From a virus (lineage: Duplodnaviria; Caudoviricetes), in IMG/VR virus record IMGVR_UViG_3300031994_000044, positions 1 to 64,000 of that record: a DNA stretch of 64,000 bases. The stretch is one strand, 5' to 3'. This document shows, in pieces, positions 54,031 to 64,000 of this stretch. The notes beneath the pieces are model-generated. The model searched no databases. It was not told the DNA's origin and saw only the letters and a program-made list of their open reading frames with translations. Within the stretch, counting starts at the first letter, position 1. The number at the start of each line of letters is the position of its first letter. The position numbers were made by a program, and so were the translations under genes.

Positions 54031-56952
54031 TCAATTTTCTATATTATTTTCAACAAAATATGTGGTTGAATCGCTTGTTATAACACCGTCAGCAACAACG
54101 CCGTCAGTAATTGAACCATTATTAGTCTGTATTCTATCCATTGCTGAGGCTTTTTGTGCTGGTATAACTTGTTTGCTATACAAAAACTTATAATTTAAAA
54201 TTGCTGTTGAAGGTATCATTTCATTCAAATATTTAAAAACAGTGTTTCTAAGATAATCTTCAAAAGGTTTATTATTGTCGGTTCTTATTGCTATTACTAA
54301 ATTTTTAACATTAACAACTGAAAATGCAGCAATATCAAACTCACCTTGTTCAGCATGGGGCCCGTGTTCTTCAGGATTTACAAAATTGTTATAGTTTTCA
54401 ATGTAATCAAGACTATCCATTACTTCTTCTGCTGATTTAGTGGATTTGAAAACGATTTCTGAACTATGACCATCGGTTTCTGAAGGGTAGAAATAATATG
54501 TTTTCCTGTTGTCTTCGATTAAATCACCGATTGAAAAACCTGAAGTGCAAATTGCTTCATAATCTTCGGGATATTCGGTTTTCATATAATCAAATACGCC
54601 CTCGTCAACTTGTGTACCGAAAAGATGGTTTAATTTCTCAATATAACTGTCGCCATTATCATATTTTCCATAGCCACAATGTGGATTATTTCCTTTTGTA
54701 TCTAAACTTAATGATTCAAGATATAAAACCTTTAAACCATCAAGAGTTTGTGGTTCATCCCCATTAAATTCATAATTCATAATACATTTCCATCCATAGC
54801 AAGAGTATAAATCATTGTTTACATATCCGATATGGGTTGATAATGCTGTGTTGTATAATATAAAATAATGTGAATAGTCTTTAACTTCTGCTTGGTCTAT
54901 ACTGATTACATTAATATGATAATCGGTTTCTGCCGAATATGTGGTATATACCTTTGATATATCTGTTACATAACAAATCATACCCTCATAAATGACATCA
55001 TTTGATAATGAAACCAATTCATCAACGTCATTTACATACATTATATAAGGTAATGTCTCGCCCCATAAATCAAGACAGAAATCATTATATTTATCCTTAA
55101 TTACTTTTGCTTCTGTTATGCTTAAATTTATATCTTTTTCATGGATTTTTCCCCATCCACCTTTTTCTTGGAAGTATATGTTGTCAAGATAATTTTCATT
55201 ACTATTAACCCATGGAATTAGATAGTAATCGTCTTCTGTCATTTCTTCTTTATACGGATAAGGAGAAACAACAGCAACAGGAAAGCCTTCCATATTATTC
55301 CTATTTCCAAGAGTATCTGGGTTTCCGTTTTCACCTTCATTATAATATCTAAGACGTGTCATTTCGTTATAATTTGGGAAATTGTTAGCCACACGAATGT
55401 ATTCCCTTATGGTATAATCCCCTGTACAATCTAATGTTTCGTTTAATGGGTCTCTATATCTATAACCGAACATACCCATTATTGATTGTATGCCTCGTCT
55501 TGTGCCTTTTTCCGACAAGATATAGTCCTTACTCAAGGCAAATCTTCTCATAAATTCCCCGTTTATCTCATTTACTGAAACAGGCGAAATACCACTAAAG
55601 CAATCTTCTGATGTAATATCAACAACAACACCGTCAATTTCTTCAGTTTTTTGTAATTGATTTATTGATTTTGCTTCAAAACCGCCAAGTTCAACAACAT
55701 CTGAAAGGAAATAGTCAGGAAGATTATTTGCACCGTCATAAGTTATATTGTTAACACACTTAATACCGTCGGCATATCTTTTAATATCGTCAAAAACCCT
55801 TCCATGTATCCTCAACATTGCTTTCATTCTTGAAAAATCAAGGTCTGATGCATCAATATCCTCATCAGTACTGGTTCTTTTGAATGAATAATCCAAATTC
55901 TTTATTGATTCATGGGTTAGCATTCTCCATATGTTATCAGAGTCATATTCATCATAGTATTCGGCTATATCCAAAAGCGAATTTAAATAGCCCCAAAAGA
56001 TACTGCTTGATACATCAGGAACTTCATTGATTATACAAGGCCATGTAAACGGTTTATATTCATAATAATGCTTGCCATCTTTAATATATGGGTTTTCAAG
56101 AATTGCTTTATATATGGGTTTACTTTTCTTATTCAATAAAACCCTTTCAAAATCATCAATTGTTTTCCAAAAATCGTCAAAAAATTCTTTTTTAGGCTCA
56201 ATTATAATACGACCTTCTTCACTTGCCGAATCGGTTAATAAAAATTTTTCACCTTCTGCATTAAGATAAATTGGAAAACTTTCGATGCCAACTAATTCAA
56301 ACGTACCAATTATTGTTTCAGGGCAGTCACCTTCAATATAAATTTTAATTTCAATTGAATTACCACTTGCATCAACATAATTTTCATAACTTGCTCCAAG
56401 CACCCTCAAAGGATTTTCGCCATCTTCCACAGTGCAGCCAACAGGTGACCAAAAGTCAATATTAAATTCATTTGATACGACATAGTATGTATTTCCGTTT
56501 ATTTGAACTGTCGGCGTTATTTCTTCACGGCAAACATATAAGCCGCCTGGATATCTCATGATGATATCATTTACTGTTGCTTTTAACAATTCAACAGCCG
56601 AACCGTAATAAGCAAAATCTTTTATTGATTTATAATTGTTTTTCAATATAATTTCACCATCAGTTGCCATTTGAACAACAGGAAGATTATTCAAAGTCCA
56701 TACATCGCCACTTCCATCGTCAAGTTGTGTAAAACCACCGCGTGAATGTTTTTTCTTGCCGTTGTTATACGTGTTTATCTTGAATTTAAAATTAGAATCA
56801 GAAAACAAGGCGACCTCATCATTAAAGATACCATCGTCTTTTATCAAGGTAACATGGTCATTCTCATATATGGTTCCATTAGGGACCGTCATATGTTTCG
56901 CCCTTAATGTATATATGGACCTACTTTTAACTAAATCATCTTTTCTTGACAT
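54031..56952 (-). CDS. large virion structural protein (baseplate-wedge-like)
   Basis: 973 aa; ILSEKGTRRGIQSIMGMFG resembles wedge KGT motif. Confidence 0.65.
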   Translation of the reverse strand: MSRKDDLVKSRSIYTLRAKHMTVPNGTIYENDHVTLIKDDGIFNDEVALFSDSNFKFKINTYNNGKKKHSRGGFTQLDDGSGDVWTLNNLPVVQMATDGEIILKNNYKSIKDFAYYGSAVELLKATVNDIIMRYPGGLYVCREEITPTVQINGNTYYVVSNEFNIDFWSPVGCTVEDGENPLRVLGASYENYVDASGNSIEIKIYIEGDCPETIIGTFELVGIESFPIYLNAEGEKFLLTDSASEEGRIIIEPKKEFFDDFWKTIDDFERVLLNKKSKPIYKAILENPYIKDGKHYYEYKPFTWPCIINEVPDVSSSIFWGYLNSLLDIAEYYDEYDSDNIWRMLTHESIKNLDYSFKRTSTDEDIDASDLDFSRMKAMLRIHGRVFDDIKRYADGIKCVNNITYDGANNLPDYFLSDVVELGGFEAKSINQLQKTEEIDGVVVDITSEDCFSGISPVSVNEINGEFMRRFALSKDYILSEKGTRRGIQSIMGMFGYRYRDPLNETLDCTGDYTIREYIRVANNFPNYNEMTRLRYYNEGENGNPDTLGNRNNMEGFPVAVVSPYPYKEEMTEDDYYLIPWVNSNENYLDNIYFQEKGGWGKIHEKDINLSITEAKVIKDKYNDFCLDLWGETLPYIMYVNDVDELVSLSNDVIYEGMICYVTDISKVYTTYSAETDYHINVISIDQAEVKDYSHYFILYNTALSTHIGYVNNDLYSCYGWKCIMNYEFNGDEPQTLDGLKVLYLESLSLDTKGNNPHCGYGKYDNGDSYIEKLNHLFGTQVDEGVFDYMKTEYPEDYEAICTSGFSIGDLIEDNRKTYYFYPSETDGHSSEIVFKSTKSAEEVMDSLDYIENYNNFVNPEEHGPHAEQGEFDIAAFSVVNVKNLVIAIRTDNNKPFEDYLRNTVFKYLNEMIPSTAILNYKFLYSKQVIPAQKASAMDRIQTNNGSITDGVVADGVITSDSTTYFVENNIEN

Positions 56953-56968
56953 ATTCTAATTTTTAATT

Positions 56969-57823
56969 TTAAATTATATTATCATAATCTTGACCATGGT
57001 CAATGTTGTTTCTCTTTTTCTTGATGTTATATAATGGATTACCCAATCTATCCTTAAGTACATAGTATTCGGCCTGATGATAAATCTCATGGTTTTCATT
57101 GTAAGTTGTTATGATACCATTATCTCTGTCATTTGCTTGGTCACCTTCCAACATATATGAAATCGTATCCTCATCGTGGTCAACTAACTCAATTTCAATC
57201 AATTTGGGACTAAATTTTGTATTAACAACTTTTACTTCAAGTCCAGGTTCACCAATATAAGGTATTGCATTTGGTTTAAATGTAGGGGCTGAAGACGGAC
57301 TAATTGTACAAAAAACAAGATTACTGCTTGTATCAGTAAAATTATATCTTGTCGTTTTTGGATAACCGTCTCCTGTATTAACTACAACAGGTTCACACCT
57401 ATTGCAAGATTTTATCAGCCTTGAGATACCATTGCCATAATCAATACGATAGCCAGTCAAATCAGTTAAACCGTTTAATTCGCCTTCACTAATATTTAAA
57501 ACAACACCCTTAACTGATGGATATGCTGCTAAAACGCTGACATCTATGATTTTGGCTGCACATTCCTTTGGTTTAATATAAACGCTATATATACCCTTTT
57601 TGTTAAAATATTTTAAAGGTAATTTTAAATTATAAAGTCCAATTACAGTTTCTTCATCTTCATTAACACAATGAGATAAGCATTCGCTTGGTATAAGGTC
57701 TTTATAGCCAAGGAAATCATCATCGCTTTCTCCCCTTGTCGGTTTATATTGATAACACATTGTGACATCAATATCCGGATTTATATCAGCAGGTCTTATT
57801 GACCCAAAAACTCCTGTACTCAT
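56969..57823 (-). CDS. structural protein
   Basis: 284 aa, in tight operon. Confidence 0.75.
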   Translation of the reverse strand: MSTGVFGSIRPADINPDIDVTMCYQYKPTRGESDDDFLGYKDLIPSECLSHCVNEDEETVIGLYNLKLPLKYFNKKGIYSVYIKPKECAAKIIDVSVLAAYPSVKGVVLNISEGELNGLTDLTGYRIDYGNGISRLIKSCNRCEPVVVNTGDGYPKTTRYNFTDTSSNLVFCTISPSSAPTFKPNAIPYIGEPGLEVKVVNTKFSPKLIEIELVDHDEDTISYMLEGDQANDRDNGIITTYNENHEIYHQAEYYVLKDRLGNPLYNIKKKRNNIDHGQDYDNII

Positions 57824-60475
57824 TTATTCTAAATTAAAATAATTATTTCCGTAGTTTTGTAAATCAGCGAATGAATTGCATTCACTTAGTTTAAAATGTT
57901 TTTCCCATGCGGCGGCATTACCTCTATCAAATGTAATGTCAACATCAACATTGGGGTACTCAATTAAGTTATCAAAACTATCATCTGTATATAAATAGGC
58001 CCTTAATGAACTTTCTGGTGTCCATTGTGTGCCAACTTCCATTCCTATTATTTTAGATGGAATATATTCCCTATCTGCATTATAGTCATCACTGTGTGCC
58101 GTTTCTTTTGTTAATGAGTATTGTTTACAAAGTATATCAGCATTATAATATCCATCTATAACAGCATTTACAAAGAAGTTAGACTCATAATAATAGGTGT
58201 CAACATAATGGATACCACTTGTTTCAATATCTTCGCCCTCTGTGGCACCTATAATATATTCTATCATTGCTGTCCCTTTATTGTCTCCATCTTCATCGGA
58301 AATTGTACAGGCACTAACCATATCATATTTTACAACTTCGGTATCGCCGTCAGTATAAGTTTCTATATTAACTTTCTTTCCAACTTCAAATGGTAAGTTA
58401 TCCAAAGTTTTGGGGTGAATTTGCTTATCTATTGGTACGCCTGAACCTATATTGGTAAAACCATTGTTATATTTTACCATGTAATAATACTCTTTGCCTG
58501 GTGCTGCGTCTTCAACGGCATTAGGAACACATGGCAATATTAATATGTTTCTATATTTTGGATTACTCATATCAGAAAAGTCACATTCTTCCCCATCACC
58601 ACAAATAATATTTGAAGTATCACCTGTAACTTCTACACATTCACACCACTCATATGTTCTTGTTATCGTTTGTGTATAATATGTTATTGAAGAAATTGTT
58701 CTTATTTTTCCATCATCAGAATGACCATTAATTTGTTGCGTATCACCTGTGTCTATTGTACTTGCGGAACTAACTTCTTTTATACCAACAACTTGATAAC
58801 ATCCACTATGTGTTTTTGGTTTTTCTTCTGGCGTGTCATAAAGTATATTTGGACCAACATTATAAGTTCTGTCAAGATACCATTCTTCTTCACTATTTTG
58901 TACATAAAAATCAATCTTTGTGCGGGTATATCCTATTATTTCAGACTCACTACATTGGCCGCTATAAAATTTGCATTTAAATAATCTTTTACCAAGTGAT
59001 TCTTGCGGCGTATTGCCATTGAAATATGGCATTGCTCCATATAAATTACTATCAAAATAATATATATCTCTTCTTTTAATTAAGGTATCTAATTTTGATT
59101 CCACTTTAATTGGATTTGCGGTGAATGAATAAAATGCAGGGGTCAAGGCTGATTCTATTTCACCATCATCACCCTTTTCATATTCCATGGTTGCATCAAT
59201 AAGTTCACCGTCAACACCTACCGAATACTCATAAACAGCATAACTATATTCATTAACGAACTCGTTCTCAATTGCTAAATCAATTTCGATATTTGGTATG
59301 GCGAAATCAAAATAATAATCTTCAGTCACTTCCTCATAACCACTTACAATTAAATTTCCATCAAAAAGAACAGGTGTTATATCCATCAAGAAATATTTAA
59401 ACATTTTACCACCACGTTTATCCCATTCTTTTTTTATGTCTTCATTTGAATCTAAATATTCTTCATTTTCTTCAAACCATAAAAGATAGTCTTTATAATT
59501 AAGATAAAAAACTGAATTCGGAACTTTACTGCCAGTAATACGTTCACCATTGTATATTTCAGGCACTCTTATTTTACCTAAGATGTATTTTTCAAAATCA
59601 TATATAAAGCGCAATGAAACTGGTTTTTCATAGTTACTGTCAAAAACCATTTTTTCCCAATTCTCAACATACAAATAACCATAAAATGTATTCCACCCAT
59701 TTGTCCACCATTCATTCCATTTGTTTTCTTTTTCAAGATAATCATCATAGTTATCTATTATGAAAATTCTGTCATTTTCGGTCATGGTAAACAAATCACC
59801 GTTATATGTGGAAACATCATCGACATCACCATCAGGGCCAATCACAAATTTTTCCATTTTGGCGATAAATATCTTTTCATCTTCAGGTAATTCGTCTAAA
59901 TCAATAAGACTGTTTTCAGTTATATTTTTATATCTAACTGTATTTTCCTCATTATATATGTATTTTCCATTGCTATATTCTTTTAACAGTGATGAATCAA
60001 CAAGAACACAGTTGAACATTGATTTTTCTTCACTGTCATCAGTGACAAACAAAGATGTCTTGATTAAATCATAATCAGTTACAGCAGAAGCAGAAACGCC
60101 ACAATTTTCCAACGGCTCTTCAGGTGAAACACAATCAGTATGTGTTATATCCTCATAATTATAACTTATTCTTTTTAATATTTTACCTTGTTCTATTACT
60201 CCAATTGTGCTGTTATACCATCTAAGTGCATCAAGATACTTTAGCCTTGATAATTCAGTATATTTAACAGTATCAATTTGTGTTTGAGTGTCTTGATTTT
60301 TATTGCGTTGAATTAACACAAAATCACATGGAAACATTCCATAATTACTTTTGCTTGATGTGGAAATAACATAATTTATGGCATTATTCTCATCGTCTTT
60401 GGGTATGTATGATGAGATGCCATTTCTATGACTTATTAAATTATCAAGACATATTTTTTTTCTTATAGTTTCCAT
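57824..60475 (-). CDS. large acidic structural protein
   Basis: 883 aa, in tight operon. Confidence 0.75.
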   Translation of the reverse strand: METIRKKICLDNLISHRNGISSYIPKDDENNAINYVISTSSKSNYGMFPCDFVLIQRNKNQDTQTQIDTVKYTELSRLKYLDALRWYNSTIGVIEQGKILKRISYNYEDITHTDCVSPEEPLENCGVSASAVTDYDLIKTSLFVTDDSEEKSMFNCVLVDSSLLKEYSNGKYIYNEENTVRYKNITENSLIDLDELPEDEKIFIAKMEKFVIGPDGDVDDVSTYNGDLFTMTENDRIFIIDNYDDYLEKENKWNEWWTNGWNTFYGYLYVENWEKMVFDSNYEKPVSLRFIYDFEKYILGKIRVPEIYNGERITGSKVPNSVFYLNYKDYLLWFEENEEYLDSNEDIKKEWDKRGGKMFKYFLMDITPVLFDGNLIVSGYEEVTEDYYFDFAIPNIEIDLAIENEFVNEYSYAVYEYSVGVDGELIDATMEYEKGDDGEIESALTPAFYSFTANPIKVESKLDTLIKRRDIYYFDSNLYGAMPYFNGNTPQESLGKRLFKCKFYSGQCSESEIIGYTRTKIDFYVQNSEEEWYLDRTYNVGPNILYDTPEEKPKTHSGCYQVVGIKEVSSASTIDTGDTQQINGHSDDGKIRTISSITYYTQTITRTYEWCECVEVTGDTSNIICGDGEECDFSDMSNPKYRNILILPCVPNAVEDAAPGKEYYYMVKYNNGFTNIGSGVPIDKQIHPKTLDNLPFEVGKKVNIETYTDGDTEVVKYDMVSACTISDEDGDNKGTAMIEYIIGATEGEDIETSGIHYVDTYYYESNFFVNAVIDGYYNADILCKQYSLTKETAHSDDYNADREYIPSKIIGMEVGTQWTPESSLRAYLYTDDSFDNLIEYPNVDVDITFDRGNAAAWEKHFKLSECNSFADLQNYGNNYFNLE

Positions 60476-60479
60476 GTTT

Positions 60480-62426
60480 TTAATTTTGTTGTATTGTTAA
60501 TTTAGGCTCAAATAAGCACAGTTTCAAATCACCATTTTCACATTGGCATTTGGTACCGTCTATTATATAGATGTATTTATCGTCAAGTTTTTTAATTGTT
60601 ATCGGTATGAAAAGATTTTCAATAAAGTTTTCAATTGTAAGTTCTTCTTTCGGCATTACAATCATTGGCATAGTTTTACCATTTCCAGCGTGATTGAATT
60701 CGACTTTCATATAAATAGTTTTCTCTGTATTTCCTTCGGGTATATCGTCGGAAAACAGATAAATATTAAAGCCTTCTGAACATTTTTCCCTATCATACTC
60801 ATTGGTTATTCTTATTGTAGTGTCAACCCTACAATTAGCATCCTCATTTTCACAGAAAACAACCTTAACATTATCAACATTGGGACTTCCATCAACAAAT
60901 GGATTAATCTTGATAACTTCTTCAGGGCTGTCTTCAATAAATGATTTTTGTTTTAAAAATTTAGAGAATAATTCACCACTGTCAAGAAATACAGTTGAAT
61001 AATATAATAATTTTTGCTCAATCGGAACATTTGAATCATAAAATGAAAATCTGAAAAATGATTTACTTACTTTACTCTTTCTATAAAATATATCATTATC
61101 AGTAAAATTAAGAAAACCAATTAAATCCGATGTCATTCCACTTTGTTCGACAAATTGCTGAATATCTTCCGGATTACCGCTTCCCTCGTAATTATTCCAA
61201 TATATATTGTAATTTTCATCAGGGTCTATATACCATCCGTCTTCATATACATTGCCTGATGTCATTAAAGTATTGTTGTTATTGTTGGGGTCAACTTTTA
61301 CTCTTTCCCTGAAATGATTGTAAATTGTAATTGAAGTTAATGGTAAATATGTATAAGAAGTTATAGGCGGATATGTAGGTGTCACAGACGAAACAACTTC
61401 ATATGGCGAATATTTAACACGCTCCATGTCTATAAAATCAGGTATTAAAGACTCTTCAATTTTTTCAGCAAAGGTTTCACTGAAAAGGTCTTCTGTGCCT
61501 AAATTTGTCTCATTTGCGTCATTTGACAGGCCTAAACTGACGCTATAATATGATTTATCAATACAAAAACTATTATTATTAAAACCATCATTGGCATATT
61601 TAACTGTTGTTGTGTCAATTAATGAATCAAACCAACTGTCACCGTAAAAACAGCAGTGTTTTACAGAATTTCCGTATGAATCCTTGTCATTAGGATATGT
61701 TCTGTAAAAATAATATGGATTGTATTTAAATTCAATATATGTTGCGCCTGAACTTTCCAATTCGTTGAAATCAGTCAATATGAATTCAGTAGTACTTTCT
61801 GATTCAGGGAAAAAGTTATAATGCCTTGTTTCTATATAATCATAATTTTTACCACATGTTTCATTGTACTCAACACTTGTAAGACAGTCTTCTATTGTCA
61901 TTTGTGCGGTCGAACCAGTTGGATTTATTGACGGTTTTCCCTCATCTCTTCTGTATTTTTGTAAAGAATATATACCATGATATGTTCCAAGCAAATTACC
62001 GTTATAATCTTTAAAATAAACTTCTTGCCCTATTCCATGTAAATTAAATGTTACTGCATTCAAATCTTGCGGAAACATATAGTGGCTTGAATTACAAGTT
62101 ATTATATAATAAGTCCCGTTTTCACTGCTTTTTAATTCAAAGAAATTTTCAGGCAATGCTATTTTTATTGTGCTTGGTAATGTTGCGTGTAATATATGGT
62201 CCGAATCCTCATATTTAATTGTGGAATAGTCATTAAACGAAACCATTCCATTCTCTTCATATCTAACAGTTCTATTGAAATATATCTTATCCCCTTCATC
62301 CAAAAAATAACAAGTATTATCATTAAGTTTGATAACAAGTTCATTGTCTCGTTCACAAACATAATCATAATTTAATTGTTCAAGCCCGTTAACAGGGGTA
62401 TTTCTATTTATTTTAACAACATCCAT
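60480..62426 (-). CDS. structural protein
   Basis: 648 aa; SFFRFSFYDS, YMKVEFNHA. Confidence 0.75.
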   Translation of the reverse strand: MDVVKINRNTPVNGLEQLNYDYVCERDNELVIKLNDNTCYFLDEGDKIYFNRTVRYEENGMVSFNDYSTIKYEDSDHILHATLPSTIKIALPENFFELKSSENGTYYIITCNSSHYMFPQDLNAVTFNLHGIGQEVYFKDYNGNLLGTYHGIYSLQKYRRDEGKPSINPTGSTAQMTIEDCLTSVEYNETCGKNYDYIETRHYNFFPESESTTEFILTDFNELESSGATYIEFKYNPYYFYRTYPNDKDSYGNSVKHCCFYGDSWFDSLIDTTTVKYANDGFNNNSFCIDKSYYSVSLGLSNDANETNLGTEDLFSETFAEKIEESLIPDFIDMERVKYSPYEVVSSVTPTYPPITSYTYLPLTSITIYNHFRERVKVDPNNNNNTLMTSGNVYEDGWYIDPDENYNIYWNNYEGSGNPEDIQQFVEQSGMTSDLIGFLNFTDNDIFYRKSKVSKSFFRFSFYDSNVPIEQKLLYYSTVFLDSGELFSKFLKQKSFIEDSPEEVIKINPFVDGSPNVDNVKVVFCENEDANCRVDTTIRITNEYDREKCSEGFNIYLFSDDIPEGNTEKTIYMKVEFNHAGNGKTMPMIVMPKEELTIENFIENLFIPITIKKLDDKYIYIIDGTKCQCENGDLKLCLFEPKLTIQQN

Positions 62427-62427
62427 T

Positions 62428-63999
62428 TTAATAACAGGTATTTAAAAGATTATCAACTTGATATGCCATGTCATATACATCAGGCCTATATTGCCCATAT
62501 ACAGTATATTGTACGGCTGGATTTGGAATTAGTCTTTGGGTGTGTCTAAACAACGGATAACTAAGACCATAATCGCCATAAGGGTCTTGTCTTCTTAAAA
62601 AGAAATTAATGTTCTTCTGTACATATATGCGACCATTTGAAAATGGTAATTTGGTTAATTCATTGTTTTTATCCAATTGTGACACTTTTAATAATGGTCT
62701 CCATGAAAATTCTTTTGAATTTAAAGAGAACTTAGCATATGTAGGGACACTATCACCGCTCCAAAACATAAAGATTCTTCTTTCACCATTTCCGGGTGCA
62801 AAATATTCGGTATGATTCAATATATCCATGTCGTCAAAGCAGCTTTCGTCAAAATAAACAGTTAAAATCATATCTTTGAATGATTTTATCATTCCCCAAT
62901 ATATGTTATGTGTGACTTTATCATAAACAGCAACATAATCACCGTTAATAAATCCAAAATCAATGGGAACCCTCACCTTAAGTATACATCCTTCAACTCC
63001 ATATTCGTGGTGTATTTCTGAAGTTTCATAACCTGTAGGTGGTGTTGCTGTTTTTGCATTACTTGGCTCATAATAGTCATATACATATTCTTTTCTGATA
63101 ATAACTCCATCACGAATTGTATAAACAACATTCTGGCCAGTTAATTCATAATTATCATAATTTATATACTCGGCTGAAGAATGTTTTAAATCACCCTCTT
63201 GTCTTAATTTAATTTTTGAATGTGGATTGTAAAAATATCCTTCAGGATGTATGTTGAAAAAAACTAAATTTTTACAGTCATCATCATCGTCTTCTTCATG
63301 CAAACTATTTGCTATGTCATTACGATAGTATCTTTTTACTTCAAATTTAGAATTATTACCTTTGGAATCTTTTATGTTATTTGCTATATCATAATCATCA
63401 TGGGTAATAACATCTTCAAATAGACTGGTGAATTCGCTTTTAAATATTTCTCGTTGCATTGTATTGAATCTGTGGAAGATATTGGCAATTGGTAAGGTTT
63501 CATATTGATAATCATTAAATTCAACAATATCACCATAGAATAAGTCATTATCAATTGTAATATCTTCTTCAATAACTTTAGGCCTTCCGTTTAATACAGT
63601 CTCTCCCCACGCTGAAAATGTATTTTTTATTTGTTGTATTGTCGTTGCGGAAGTTTCTCCTGTTATTGTATCACAAATACCACTATCCATATTGTGTAAA
63701 TAATGGATATTGTAATCAAATGGTTCTTCTGTAATATCAACGCCACTAAAATCAATTCCACTTGTTAATGGTCCGAAACAATGTGAATATTCAACATCTG
63801 ATGTGGTTAAATTTCTATCATAATACCATTCGTCATGCCCCGCATTTCTTTTTACCACTGTTAAAAAAACTTCTGAGACTTCTCGACCATTTTCATCTAA
63901 AAGTCCACATAAATTCACATCATCTGTGAAAATTATTTGGGCAATGTCATCACCATATATATTTTTTGAGAACGCTGCCTTATTGACATCACTTATCAA
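62428..63999 (-). CDS. structural protein, 5' partial
   Basis: Open to window end; HRFNT, EGYFYNPH, FFLRRQDP. Confidence 0.75.
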   Translation of the reverse strand: MISDVNKAAFSKNIYGDDIAQIIFTDDVNLCGLLDENGREVSEVFLTVVKRNAGHDEWYYDRNLTTSDVEYSHCFGPLTSGIDFSGVDITEEPFDYNIHYLHNMDSGICDTITGETSATTIQQIKNTFSAWGETVLNGRPKVIEEDITIDNDLFYGDIVEFNDYQYETLPIANIFHRFNTMQREIFKSEFTSLFEDVITHDDYDIANNIKDSKGNNSKFEVKRYYRNDIANSLHEEDDDDDCKNLVFFNIHPEGYFYNPHSKIKLRQEGDLKHSSAEYINYDNYELTGQNVVYTIRDGVIIRKEYVYDYYEPSNAKTATPPTGYETSEIHHEYGVEGCILKVRVPIDFGFINGDYVAVYDKVTHNIYWGMIKSFKDMILTVYFDESCFDDMDILNHTEYFAPGNGERRIFMFWSGDSVPTYAKFSLNSKEFSWRPLLKVSQLDKNNELTKLPFSNGRIYVQKNINFFLRRQDPYGDYGLSYPLFRHTQRLIPNPAVQYTVYGQYRPDVYDMAYQVDNLLNTCY

Positions 64000-64000
64000 A

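Noticed and set aside
1-64000. TAG-to-Gln recoding (code 15) as in Lak phages
   Set aside because: Long genes are intact in code 11, several genes end cleanly at TAG, and no CTA-anticodon tRNA was seen in the window

Overview
AT-rich 64-kb segment of a large (jumbo/Lak-like) lytic phage, almost certainly infecting Bacteroidota. The host call rests on a Bacteroidota-type tmRNA tag, TAnnTTTG-like promoters, YxDLGLPSG domains and A-rich leaders without SD; the standard genetic code appears to apply. Layout: (1) 1-7.9 kb: small leftward 'early' genes, nearly each with its own sigma54-like TGGCAC-N5-TTG promoter. (2) 7.9-8.5 kb: non-coding origin/terminus-like region. (3) 8.85-13.9 kb: a Cas-lambda-like type V effector plus 8-repeat CRISPR array inside imperfect inverted repeats, then a GHKL/MORC-like ATPase preceded by an internally deleted copy of the same cassette that keeps one solitary repeat. 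(4) 20.3-27.7 kb: dense minus-strand RNA array with about 26 tRNAs, a circularly permuted two-piece tmRNA, a group I intron in tRNA-Arg, three tRNAs with a shared class of short tRNA-mimicking introns, and eight ACAGCAA-motif tRNA/Y-RNA-like RNAs. (5) 28-51 kb: ThyX, ClpP, SbcD/SbcC, primase, sigma70, RuvC, an EcoRI-family MTase with a putative nuclease, and probable head-internal proteins. (6) 51-64 kb: tail/baseplate-like structural genes. All calls are by eye; no searches were run.
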